A model generated the notes under the pieces. That model searched no databases, was not told the origin of the DNA, and saw nothing but the letters and a program-made list of their open reading frames with translations. The position numbers and the translations under genes were made by a program. Shown here in pieces: positions 23,148 to 33,589 of a DNA stretch of 64,000 nt (positions within the stretch are counted from its first letter, which is position 1; every line of letters starts with the position of its first letter). Source of the DNA: Takakia lepidozioides (Eukaryota > Plantae > Bryophyta); the NCBI GenBank assembly GCA_030704615.1, contig CM060732.1, positions 79,484,001 to 79,548,000 on the forward strand, read 5' to 3'.

Positions 23148-24490
23148 GGAAAATCGGCCACATAGGGCATCTCTTTGAGCTTTAATGCACACTTACGTGG
23201 CAGCTCCAGCAGTGTGCGTCAACGCACACTGTTCGAGTCCACCATGTCATTATTTTTTTAATCTGAAAATCGGCCACATATGGCATCTCTTTGAGCTTCA
23301 ATGCACACTTACGTGGCAGCTCAAACAGTGTGGGTCAACGCACAACAGCCCACCATGTCATTGTTTTTTTAATCTGAAAATCGGCCACATAGGGCATCTC
23401 TTTGAGCGTCAATGCACACTTACCTGGCAGCTCAAATAGTGTGCGTCAACGCACACTGTTTGAGCCCAACTTGTCATTGTTTTTTTTCATGTGAAAATTG
23501 GCCACATATGGCATGTATTTGAGGTTCAATGCAGACTTACCTGGCAGCTCAAATAGTGTGCGTCATCGCACACTGTTCCAGCCAATCATGTTTTTTTTTT
23601 AATTATTAATTATTAATTATTAATTATTTAATAAATTAGCCACATAGGGCATCTCTTTGAGCTTTAATGCACACTTACGTGGCAGCTCCAGTAGTGTGCG
23701 TCAACGCACACTGTTCGAGTCCACCATGTCATTATTTTTTTAATCTGAAAATCGGCCACATATGGCATCTTTTTGAGCTTCAATGCACACTTACGTGGCA
23801 GCTCAAATAGTGTGCGTCAACGCACATTGTTTGAGCCCAACTTGTCATTGTTTTTTTCATGTGAAAATCGGCCACATAGGGCATGTATTTGAGGTTCAAT
23901 CCAGACTTACCTGGCAGCTCAAACAATGTGCGTCAACGCACAACAGCCCACCATGTCATTGTTTTTTTTATCTGAAAATCGGCCACATAGGGCATCTCTT
24001 TGAGCGTCAATGCACACTTACCTGGCAGCTGGCATTTTAGAATCGACCACAAAGGTCATCTCTGTCAGGTTCAATTCACACTTACCTGGCAGCCCAAACG
24101 GTGTGCGTCAACGCACACGGTTTGAGCCCCCCTGATTTGCTTGTTTATGGATATGGAAATTGTGCACCTACGGCTAGTCTGGCAAGTTCATTCGACTCCA
24201 AAATGGAAGCTCAAACAGTGTGCGCGGACGCACACTGTTTGAGCCCCTTCACTGCCTTTTCTTTTATTTCAAATTGGTCACTTATGGCCACTATGCCATA
24301 TTAAAATCACACCTTATTGCAAGCTCAAACAGTGTGCGGCAACGCACACTGTTTGAGCTTCCTTATGTGATTGATTTTGATGTGAAAATCGGTCTCCTGG
24401 GGCCACTTTGGCAGGTTGAATCCAATCTTTATTGGAAGCTCAAACAGTGTGCGGCAACGCACACTGTTTTGAGCCCCCTTCGTGCTTGTT
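18740..24490 (+). repeat. Tandem array, ~116-bp monomer (~50 copies) with ~577-bp five-monomer higher-order repeat; each monomer holds palindrome AAACAGTGTGCGT-CA-ACGCACACTGTTT
   Basis: Palindrome starts at e.g. 19955, 20071, 20181, 20297, 20413, 20530. Higher-order phase recurs at 19379, 19945, 20520, 21101, 21678, 22257. One variable poly-T tract per higher-order unit. Confidence 0.97.
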
Positions 24491-25309
24491 TTTCTATGTG
24501 AAATTGGGCCTAACAGGGCCAGTATGCATGCTCAAAACTCCCATAATTGTCAAAACTCCCATGGTATTTGGATTGCCCTCCTTCTGAGACCCCAGCTCAG
24601 GATGTGTCTTTGAGGAGAGAGAATGAGCGTATAGCAGCCACCGCCGCAGCAGCCGACCTCGACATTCATGATAGAAATTTGAGGACTCTTGCAGAGAAGG
24701 AGCCTCCCGCTCAGGATACCCCGGGTAGAGGTTGAAAGGCAAAGGGAAAAGATGTTGTTGGTGGTGTGGGGAAAGGAAGGGGTAGGGGGAAGGAGGCACA
24801 AGGGCAGGTAGGTGGGCTATCACACCTATTTGGACTTCTTTCAAGTCCTCCTCGGTCTTACGTGCAACCTGTCTATGCGGAGGCACTCGCAACAAGCATG
24901 TCCATTCATGGCACTCGCTGTCCGCCCATTGACGGCCGTGGTAGAAGACGTGGTGTTGGGGCCAGAATCTTTGTGGATGACATAGCACAGGAGGTCGAGA
25001 GTGATTCTGATGACTGTGACACTTGATATGAAGTTTTCTTTTGGTTTTATTCGGGGCCAAATTTGAAATGGGATGGTTGTGTGTCCTTGTTGTCCTGTTT
25101 GCAATGTGTGCGTGGGATGCAACTTCATGGGAACAAACTATTATTGGAGATGGGGGTTGCATGGACTGCCCGGATTGTTCCTTCAATCTATTTAGAGTTT
25201 TGTGGACCTCACAGGCTTGAGTGCATTTCAAAAACAAACAATCGACTTTGGTTCGTGTACAGCATTCTCGCATCATTTGCTCGCTTGTCTCCAAACCATT
25301 CCTGCTAGA

Positions 25310-25520
25310 AGAATGCTTGGTGAATCCATCGAGGTGAAGTCCACGTGATCAAAGATCGTTCAGGCATTCTCAAATCTGGTGAGCATCCATGATGCTCCCG
25401 CACATACTTGGCATGTTCACAAAGGTGGTGAGTAAGAAAAGATTTCGCAGGGATCCGCTTTAGATGATGTCAGTGTGCACCTCCTCACGACGTACCCACA
25501 TTCCAATGCAGAGTTTGGCT
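25310..25520 (-). pseudogene. Captured PLS-type PPR gene fragment inside element B
   Basis: The reverse strand reads ...EVHTDII..G...NLFLLTTFVNM...CGSIMDAHQ; 25 nt (GCGGGAGCATCATGGATGCTCACCA) are identical to the PPR remnant at 54282-54306. Confidence 0.75.
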
Positions 25521-25917
25521 TTCCGTCCTTAAGCTCCCGACAGTCTCGAGGCTGAGCCAAAAGCCCAGGCCCTCCTGAGGCCTAGTTTTTGGGCAAATTA
25601 CACACAGCAGATTGATGCTTGTGTGAAGGGATTTCTAGAGGATATCTGGAAAACCTGGATTAATTCTTTATATGAAGGAAAGTCTTTGATAACGTCTAGA
25701 TGGATGCAATGGATACAAAGGATGGATACAATGGATGTAATACATCCAGTCTGCATTCCCGGGAAATGGCTGTTCAACCCGCGGTAATAGGTGACACCCG
25801 CGGAAATAGGCCCTGTATGCATGCTGACGTGGCGTGAGCCTGTGCTGGGCTCACGATTTCCTGGGCTCACAGGCTCACGCCTCCGGGCTCACGGAATAGC
25901 ACCCCCCCATCTTGGAG

Positions 25918-26470
25918 AATGTGCCACTGATGGGCGATTCTCGGGCCAGGGTGATGGCCAGTGTGCATCAAGTCCGGTCATGGCTTGGGTCAGCAGTGTT
26001 GCTAGATGCAGCTACAGTGGGGTCACGGGCTCATCGTCCACGGCTATGGTGGACTAACTTGATGCCACCCGCTCTGCTCAAGCGTGCATTTGATGGGGTG
26101 TAGCGGCCAGCACATCTCACAGTGGATAGCATTCTGGACACAGGGAGGCAGTCTCAGCGTGTGAGACACGATGACCGTTTGCCTTTGGCAGTGGTCAACA
26201 AGGTGGGTCAACCACGAGCAACATTACCTACACTGCTCAGCTTCCCAGGATCGCATGCTTTCCGGGATAGTGGACGTGGCCTCCTGTGGGATGCTCAGTT
26301 GCAGCAAGTTAGTGGAGCCTAATGCTGACGAACGTGAGCGGGCAATGGGTTTTACCACTGGTACCACGGCGGTGTCGTCTCTTTCTGAGGCATCACGTCG
26401 TCAAGTGTTGGGGCAAGCAATGGATCTCAATTGTTTGACCTGGATTATCAGCTTGGCTCTGGCTGAGCAA
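25918..26470 (+). pseudogene. Retrotransposon-encoded C5-cytosine DNA methyltransferase, C-half (motifs VI end, VIII, IX, X)
   Basis: (E)NVP, AHRPRLWWTN (VIII), EPNADERERAMGF (IX), RRQVLGQAMD (X); one stop (26101) and one frameshift (~26310). Confidence 0.9.
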
Positions 26471-26761
26471 CGCAGAGTGCGGAGTACACTTCCCTTGATG
26501 GTCTCTCTGCCTACCGAGACGGTACAGGCAGTGAGTGGGGGTGAGCATGTGAGGACCACAGGGTGCATGCATCCATGGCACACGTGGGAGGTGCTCGAGG
26601 TTCAGAGGGAGTTGGCAGCCAAGGCGGCTGTGATGGATGAGGTTGGGGATTCTTCTCGGGTTGAGGAGGTCCTCAAGGATGAGATGATGGGGCAGGATGA
26701 GGCCTTGTCATTGACTGAGCAGGTAGGGAGTACTGCTCAAGAGGTTGCAACATAGCAACCA

Positions 26762-29700
26762 TTGGACGCGTCCTCTACCTCTAAGCCCACTGGACTTAAG
26801 GTTGCAGTTACGGAGGACAATTGGGAGCTTGACATTGGACCCATTGTCACCGGAGGAGAGAGACGACGTATACGGCGGTTCCTGAGGGCTTACAGGAATT
26901 GCTTTGCCTTCAGTTTGAATGACTTGGGAGCACTGAAGGGTCAAGATATCCGTATTGAGTTGGCCACTGACACGCCAATCTTTCAAAGACCCTATAGATA
27001 CAGTGACATGGAGAGGTCTTTGATTCAGATGAGGACTCAAGATCTCTGGGAGGCAGGTTTGGTGGAGCTCTCTGGTGGAGAGTATGCTTCAGCCACAGTG
27101 ATGCCAGCCAAGAAGGATGTCTATGGCAATTGGACGGAGAGACGTATGTGCGGTGATTACCGGCCTGTAAATCGTCAGACCAAGTCCGATAAGTATGCCA
27201 TGCCAACACCAGAGGAGATCTTTGATGCCATCGAGCATGCTAAGGCCTTTAGCACTTTGGATTTACGATCCGGATATCACCAGTTGCCAATCAAGGAGGC
27301 GGACAAGCAGAAGACGACATTTTGGGGGATCAATGAGCACGGCAAGGATTGCCTATATCAGTGGCGGTTCTTACCATTTGAGCTTAAGAATGCTCCTGCA
27401 AAGTTTCAGAGAGTCATGGATAGGATTCTAGCAGGGGTGGACTTTGCTCGGTGCTACATAGATGACATCATCATCTTTAGTGTTACGATAGAGGAGCATG
27501 AGAGACACCTTCAGGTGGTATTGGAGCGCTTGAGAGCGCACGGATTGAAGTTGCATCCAGGGAAGTGCAAGTTTTTCCACAACCAGATTGAGTATCTGGG
27601 TCACATGATATATCCTGGAGGATTGGGGGTATAGCAGACTAAGGTAGAGGCCATTGCACAAATTCCACGCCCCACGGATGTGAGCCGAGTTTGAGCTTTC
27701 ATGGGGTTGGCAAACTATTATAGACGGTTTGTCAAGGGATTTAATACCATTGCAAAGGCTCTAACCAAGCTGACCAAGGTGGACCAGGAGTGGTAGTGGG
27801 AAGATGAGCAGGAACGAGCTTCTCAAGAGCTCAAGGCAAGGTTGACCTTGGCGCCTATCCTGAGACGACCTATCAGGGGCGTCCTTTTCAGCTGCATACG
27901 GATTGAAGCATGTTGGGGCTTGGAGCGGTGCTCACACAGGTGGATGATGAGGGAAGAGAGTTCATAGTGGCTTATGCTAGCCGCTCGAACAACACTGCAG
28001 AGGCTAAGTACAGCTCATATAAGGGAGAGTGCTTAGCTGCAGTGTGGGCCGTGGCACACTTTAGGTGCTATCTATATGGCAATCTTTTCACCCTTGTCAC
28101 AGATCACCAGCCACTCAAGTGGTTGATGGAGTCAGACAAGCTTACGGGGAAGCTTGCACGGTGGGCACTCATACTCCAGGAGTATGACTTTCAGGTTTTG
28201 CATCGACCGGGTTTAGTCAATCGGGATGCGGATGGATTGAGTCGCAATCCATGCATGAGCCAGCAGGATGACACTGGAGCTCGGTGGCATGGTGAGACGG
28301 ACGAGAAGATGGTGCCGGGATGGCACGCATATGTATTTTTGTGTATCTTGGCATCGGGAGGTCAGGTTGGACCTACAACATGGATGATTGTAGATGGAGT
28401 GTCTGAGGACCCTGAGGCTAGTGATGAGCCAGGTGGTGCCAGAGATATACATGAGGATTCGGCTGTGTTGGACTACCTCCGCACGGGAGATACGGCAGCC
28501 ACTGTGATTGCCAGGGAGAGGGATCGGATCCTGCAACGAGCCAAGAGGTTCAAGTGGGAGGGGATACACCTACTTCGAGTGTGGGAGGATGGTCGGGTGA
28601 GGATTGTGCCTCACTCCACACAGCGTGCACGGTTAGTGCGGCATGCCCATGAGGAGTTGGGGCATTTTGGAGTGCGACGCACTCACAGTTTACTGCAGGG
28701 GCAATATTGGTGGCGTGGTATGCATACAGAGGTGCAACAGTTCGTAGCTAGGTGCATGGTGTGTGACAGGGTGCGTGCTTCATTCAACGCCCCTACACCA
28801 CAGTTGCATCCTTTACCAATCATGGGATTGGGCTACAGGTGGAGTCTTGACTTCGCAGGACCGTTGTCATTGACTATGCGCCACCACAGATATGTGTTGG
28901 TGATGGTGGAGCACTTCTCCAAGTGGATTGAGTTGGTTCCATTGCCTGACAATGCTAGTGAGGGGGCTGCGTATGCATTCTTGGATCATGTGCTTAGCCG
29001 ATTTGGTGCTCCAGCTGAGGTACTCACGGACCAAGGGAGAGAGTTCTTGGGAGAGTTTCAAGCTTTGTGTGATAAAGCCTTGATAGACCACCGCACCACT
29101 TCTCGGGATCATCCTGAGGCCGATGGCTTGGCAGAGAGAGTTGTTCAGACGGTGAAGAGGGGTTTGCGCAAGTATGGCTTGCAGAAGGGACACCTAGGAG
29201 ATTGGGATCTTCAGGTTCCTTGGTTAGCCATGGGCTACAGATTCAGCAAACAAGCATCACTTGCCTCTTTCTCACCATATTTCCTTCTCTTTGGCCGAGA
29301 GCCGGATTTGCCTGCAGCCATTCGTAGGGCACTGCTCAAGTCCTTAACCTTGACGATCCGGACGTGTGGGTACGTGCATGTAATCAGCGTGTAGAGTTGT
29401 TCAAGAAAGTCATGCCCATGGCTTTTGAGAACCTTGCCATTGCACAGCACCGTGATACGTTGAGGTATGCCACTATACGTGGTGGAGGATATCGTCCTGG
29501 GGTTCGGAGGTTTAGCCCTGGTGACTATGTTTATTTGCAGCAGACTGCTCCTACGACTCTAGATGTTACTGCAGGGCGTGTTATTTTGAGGGTTCGAGAG
29601 GTGTTGCCCTCAGGGGTCCTGATCTTGGAGGGTCAGGATGGCATGACTTGGAAGGACCATGTGCGTAATTGTGCGCCATGTCACCTTCCTAATGTCGATG

Positions 29701-29888
29701 ACAGAGTTGACCCAAACTTGGCAGTAGTACCTGCAGGTTTGAGGTGCATGCTCTGTGGGTCTGCCAAAGGGGCAGCCACCATGCTGGTGTGTGATCGATG
29801 CTCAAGGGGTTGGCATATGGGATGCTTGACACCACCTCTTGAGAAGGTTCCTGACGGAGATTGGTTGTGTCCACACTGCTTGGGATAG
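26762..29888 (+). pseudogene. Gypsy RT, RNase H, integrase and C-terminal PHD finger
   Basis: RT: RMCGDYRPVN, LDLRSGYHQ, YIDDII. RNase H: VAYASR, TDHQPLKW, DADGLSR. Integrase: HEELGH..CMVC, SLDFAG, TDQGREF, GLAER. PHD: CMLC..LVCDRCSRGWHMGCLTPPLEKVPDGDWLCPHC. Stops and frameshifts present. Confidence 0.95.
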
Positions 29889-30137
29889 TGGCAGTGGACA
29901 TGACTGGAGGCAGCTAACAAGACATGGGAGGCCAAACTCATAGGAGTCAATACATGAGATCCCAAGCTCAAGTTCACAGGTTGCAAGACGGCGACTAACG
30001 ATGGGGCAACTCTTGCACCCGGCCTCTTGATCTATCGAGTTTGAGTGTAGTAGGGATAATGGTGGAGGACTTAGTGAGGCTATGGTCACTATCACATCTT
30101 GTGGCTACCTGGACTTAGAGGGACCTAAGCACCAGCT

Positions 30138-30330
30138 AGGGGGGCGATTGTGTGGACTAGTAACTGCCATAGTGGGCAGCATAGTGGCAGCCTAGTGACT
30201 GACTAATTGTAGCCTAGTGGTTGGACTAGTGGCTGGACTAATGGTGGATTAGTTGTATACTAGTGTGTGGTGTGCATATGTGTTGTGTGGTTTTGGACAG
30301 CGATGTAGTTGTGTAGCGATATGTATGCGC
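30138..30330 (+). other. Polypurine tract and start of truncated 3' LTR
   Basis: AGGGGGGCGAT then TGTGTGGACTAG; the downstream sequence does not match 1-2057, so the LTR appears truncated. Confidence 0.55.
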
Positions 30331-30339
30331 ACGACATCA

Positions 30340-30521
30340 TCCTCATATGTACTTTCATCCATTTATATCATCCACATTTGGCGAATCATCCATCTTTTTT
30401 TTTTCCTTGTAGAAGTTTGGCGATTTCATCCATGAAAAAATAGGGAATTTGCGACAGAATATTCCATTTTAATGTTTTGAGGTCGCCATCTGGCGATTTT
30501 TCGCCAAAAAAAAAAACACTG
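30340..30521 (-). mobile_element. Single terminus of a hAT-like non-autonomous element
   Basis: Ends in TTCGCCAAAAAAAAAAACACTG (rc CAGTGTTTTT...), the same CAGTGTT start as the hAT MITEs in this window; no partner end found. Confidence 0.45.
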
Positions 30522-30559
30522 GCCTGGTGCCTATGGGAAAGCAACCCTCCCAGACAGTA

Positions 30560-31360
30560 TTGGGTTACACAATGTAGGGTTACATGCGGTTGGGACACAT
30601 GAGGCAGGGTTGCAGAGGGTGACAAGAGGCGAGGTTACATTGGTAGGGTTACATGGGGCGGGGTTACATAGGGTGACATGGTGGACACGGTGGGGGTTCC
30701 ATGAGCTGGGGTGATAGACATTGGAGGGCTACTCGCTGCTCACATGGGAGGGGTGACACGGTGTAGGGTTACATAGGGTAACACGATTTGGGTAATAAGG
30801 GGTAATACTTCGAGGTAACATGATTTGGGTTACATGAGCCGAAGTTACAGAACATGACACGAGGCTCCATTTATGACAGGATGTATGGTTTCAAAGGTGA
30901 CGACTGGGGTTACGTAAAACACGGTTTGGGTTACATGAATGGAGGGGTTACACGGGTGCGATTACATGAGCACGGGTTACAGAGGTTTACTGGAGGTTTA
31001 CATGGGGCAAGGTGACGCGATGTAGTACATAGGATGACACGAGCTGGGGTTGCAAGGTGTCAGAGTTGCACTGTTTGGCTCATATAGAGCGGAGTTACAC
31101 TATTTAGGGTTACATGGGGCTGGGGCTGACGGGTGGGGGGATACAGGGATACATTGATGGGGGTTACACGCTCGCTAGTACTTGAGCAGGGGTTACATGA
31201 TGTGAGATAATGTGGGTTACAGGGCTGGGGGTTATATGGTCTTGGTACATTGGGTTACATGGTTACGGAGTAACCATCTATAATCCCGACTCATATAACC
31301 GCGGATATGTAACCCCAACTGTGTAACCCCGCAACATGTAACCCCAACTCGGCTACACGG
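30560..31360. repeat. GGGTTACA-motif-rich degenerate repeat region
   Basis: More than 20 GGGTTAC/GGTGAC variants on +, switching to TGTAACCCC copies at 31308-31345. Confidence 0.7.
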
Positions 31361-32504
31361 GTGGGGATTTTGATGGCTGGGATTTCCTTGATCGGGCGGA
31401 ACCTTCCGCGACGTCTGCTCCTCTCTGTCGCACTAAGCACATGACGTTGCCCGCAGAGCCTCCTACGCCTGTTGGTGTTTCCGAACACAACGTTAAACCT
31501 ACTGAGTGCAGAGGGAGTGCAGGAGCGACTGGAGCATAGGGGAGTGGAGGAGCGACTGGTGGTGCAGAGGGCATCTTCAGAAGGCTCAGTCCAAATACCC
31601 CTAAGACCTCCTCCACTCCTCTCTGCACCAGTCGCTCCTCCACCCCGTGGGGACGGATTGGTGAGCTTAGAGTTGGGATTGACATTCCAGTGATAACTGA
31701 CGGGATGCATTACTCTGACGAGGATTCTGACCAAGATTCTGATGATGACTTATGAAGAGTCACTCAAGCTTGATGGGACGGTATACCTTAATGCCAGAGC
31801 TGGGGGGGTTTCTTGTTGCAGGCTCAAATGTAGTGTCTTCTTATATTGTCCTGTGTAGCAAGGATTGCTGGCACTCAAACAGCCACGTTTTTCCTGAAAG
31901 TGCTATGTATTAATTTCTTTATAGTACTGTCCTTCACCTATGTTTTGGGCCGTTTCCTTCTCGATGCTTGTTGGAACTTGCCAGAATTCTTGAAGAGGAA
32001 TTTCTCCAAACCCAGGTTCAATCACTATTTTTTTGAGGAAGCTGCTGCTGGCTATTCCCTGTCTGTCAAACTGTTTTGGAGCTGGAATATTTGTTCCAGA
32101 TAATGGGACAGCTGCTTGAGAGCCGCAAGCCACCTCTTCCCTGAATCTGCTGTGTATGCTTCCTCCACTGGGCACACGGATGCTGTGGCAGAGACAGGCC
32201 AATGTCCCTGGTTTGGTGAGGCTTCTGCAGGCACACCTAGAGATTGTTTTATCATTCTCAGCACGGTTGATGAGGATCTGAGGTTTGAGACTCTCCCTTA
32301 AATGGGAGAGTCCCAATTTGCGATTGTCAATGAAGGCAATGTAGTATATTTAACCAGCTAAATAGTGCCAACAGGTCACTCTGGGGGTATGAATTTGCAG
32401 CAACAATCCTGTGGTGAGGTTCATGGACCTACGACCTTCTCAGCAACTTCAGAACCTCATTTTGTGTTGGGGTCGGAGTAGAAACACTTAAGTTACTCTA
32501 TTAT

Positions 32505-32730
32505 GTGTTGCAGTTTTTGCCAGGTACATTTGTGATGCCAGAAGAGAGCATGACAGCGACCCTGTTGGACTCTTCAGGCAAACCGTGGTCGACCAGATGG
32601 CTGGTGACGACAGCTGGAAGACGTTTGAGTGCTGCAAATCATTTCCCTCAAGCAGGTGATGTCTGTGTGTTTGAGACGATTGATTTCGGAAACTTAATAA
32701 TCTCCATTCACATTTTTCATGTTTGGGAAG
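32505..32730 (+). pseudogene. B3 DNA-binding domain (REM-like) fragment
   Basis: ATLLDSSGKPWSTRW...LS....QAGDVCVFE...ISIHIFHV; a partial second copy lies at ~39790-39862. Confidence 0.7.
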
Positions 32731-32959
32731 ATGGAATTTGGGATTTCCGGCCTGCATAGTATTAGTCGACCTGTCTGCATCCTTCCTGGACTTGCAAGAT
32801 CTCCCACTCTCTCGCTGACCTCTCCTGCTGTGTGCTCTGGAGAAATGCTGGGCTTCTTGGAGGTACAGGGTATGGTCCCCTTGTCCATATTCAAACTCTT
32901 CTGTAAGAGCCTAGAGTGCTTCTCATGAAGTACATTAGTTGGTTGCACTGTGTCATTTC

Positions 32960-33589
32960 CAGTGTTGGACTGGTATACGTGGTTTAACCTAGGTATGGAA
33001 TACAGGTATGAATATTTATATTGAAGAACATACCAGTCAGATATGAAAGAACCAGTGTACCCATGTGATACACGTACTGGGGGAGTATGGCTTTAGGATT
33101 CCCCGCACACATACCATACCAGTCTGGGTATATGGAGGAATAGCATGGTCCTGATACCAGTATTGCGGTGAGTTCATGGCGAATGGAGGTAGGTATGAGT
33201 ATATGTTAGTGCAGCTAGTTATACCCTGTACTACAATTTGGTTAATTCAAGCCTCCATGTTGCAATTTAGACTTCATTTGCTGTTTTGTGCTACTTTGGG
33301 TTGCCTTTGCCTAGTGTTTCACGGCTCGGATTAAAATTAGCTGTGTTAAATGATATTTATTTCTATAAATACCATACCAGCTCATACCCCCCCAGTATCA
33401 CTACAGAGAAAGGGCAATACCAGTACCATACTCATATACAGCCCAAAGTACAACTACTCATACCAGATTCATACCCAAGTTGCTCATACCTGTATAGATA
33501 CCTATACCAGCCTGGTATGAAAAAGGGGTGGGACCCTTCATACCAGGACCAGTCTGGTATTAAAAAATGGACATACCAGTCCAACACTG
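32960..33589. mobile_element. hAT-type MITE
   Basis: 17-bp TIR CAGTGTTGGACTGGTAT; 8-bp TSD GTCATTTC at 32952-32959 and 33590-33597; ATACCAG subterminal repeats. Confidence 0.92.

Larger units (their letters stand above)
16738..25907 (-). mobile_element. Element B: internally deleted non-TIR MULE related to element A, with large palindrome array and captured PPR fragment
   Basis: 10-bp TSD CATCTTGGAG at 16728-16737 and 25908-25917. Left end CAGCGTAGCTACGGCGTGAGCCC versus reverse-complemented right end GGGGGGTGCTATTCCGTGAGCCC. GTGAGC clusters at both ends. Confidence 0.92.
1..30330 (+). mobile_element. Decayed Ty3/gypsy LTR retrotransposon (gag-PR-C5 DNA MTase-RT-RH-INT-PHD), split by two nested DNA transposons; 5' LTR probably begins left of the window, 3' LTR truncated
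   Basis: Removing 2972-14251 and 16738-25917 restores continuous frames (KELRRRV|RDATLL and AYILE|NVPLMG). Domain order PR-RT-RH-INT is gypsy type. Polypurine tract AGGGGGG at 30138-30144 is followed by TGTGTGG at 30149. A candidate 5' LTR end CCACAACA lies at ~2050-2057. Confidence 0.9.

Noticed and set aside
18740-24490. CRISPR array or protein-coding repeats (many short ORFs)
   Set aside because: Whole monomers repeat with no unique spacers; the ORFs are translation artefacts broken by poly-T tracts.
30560-31360. Interstitial telomeric repeat
   Set aside because: The motif is GGGTTAC and dispersed, not tandem TTTAGGG/TTAGGG.
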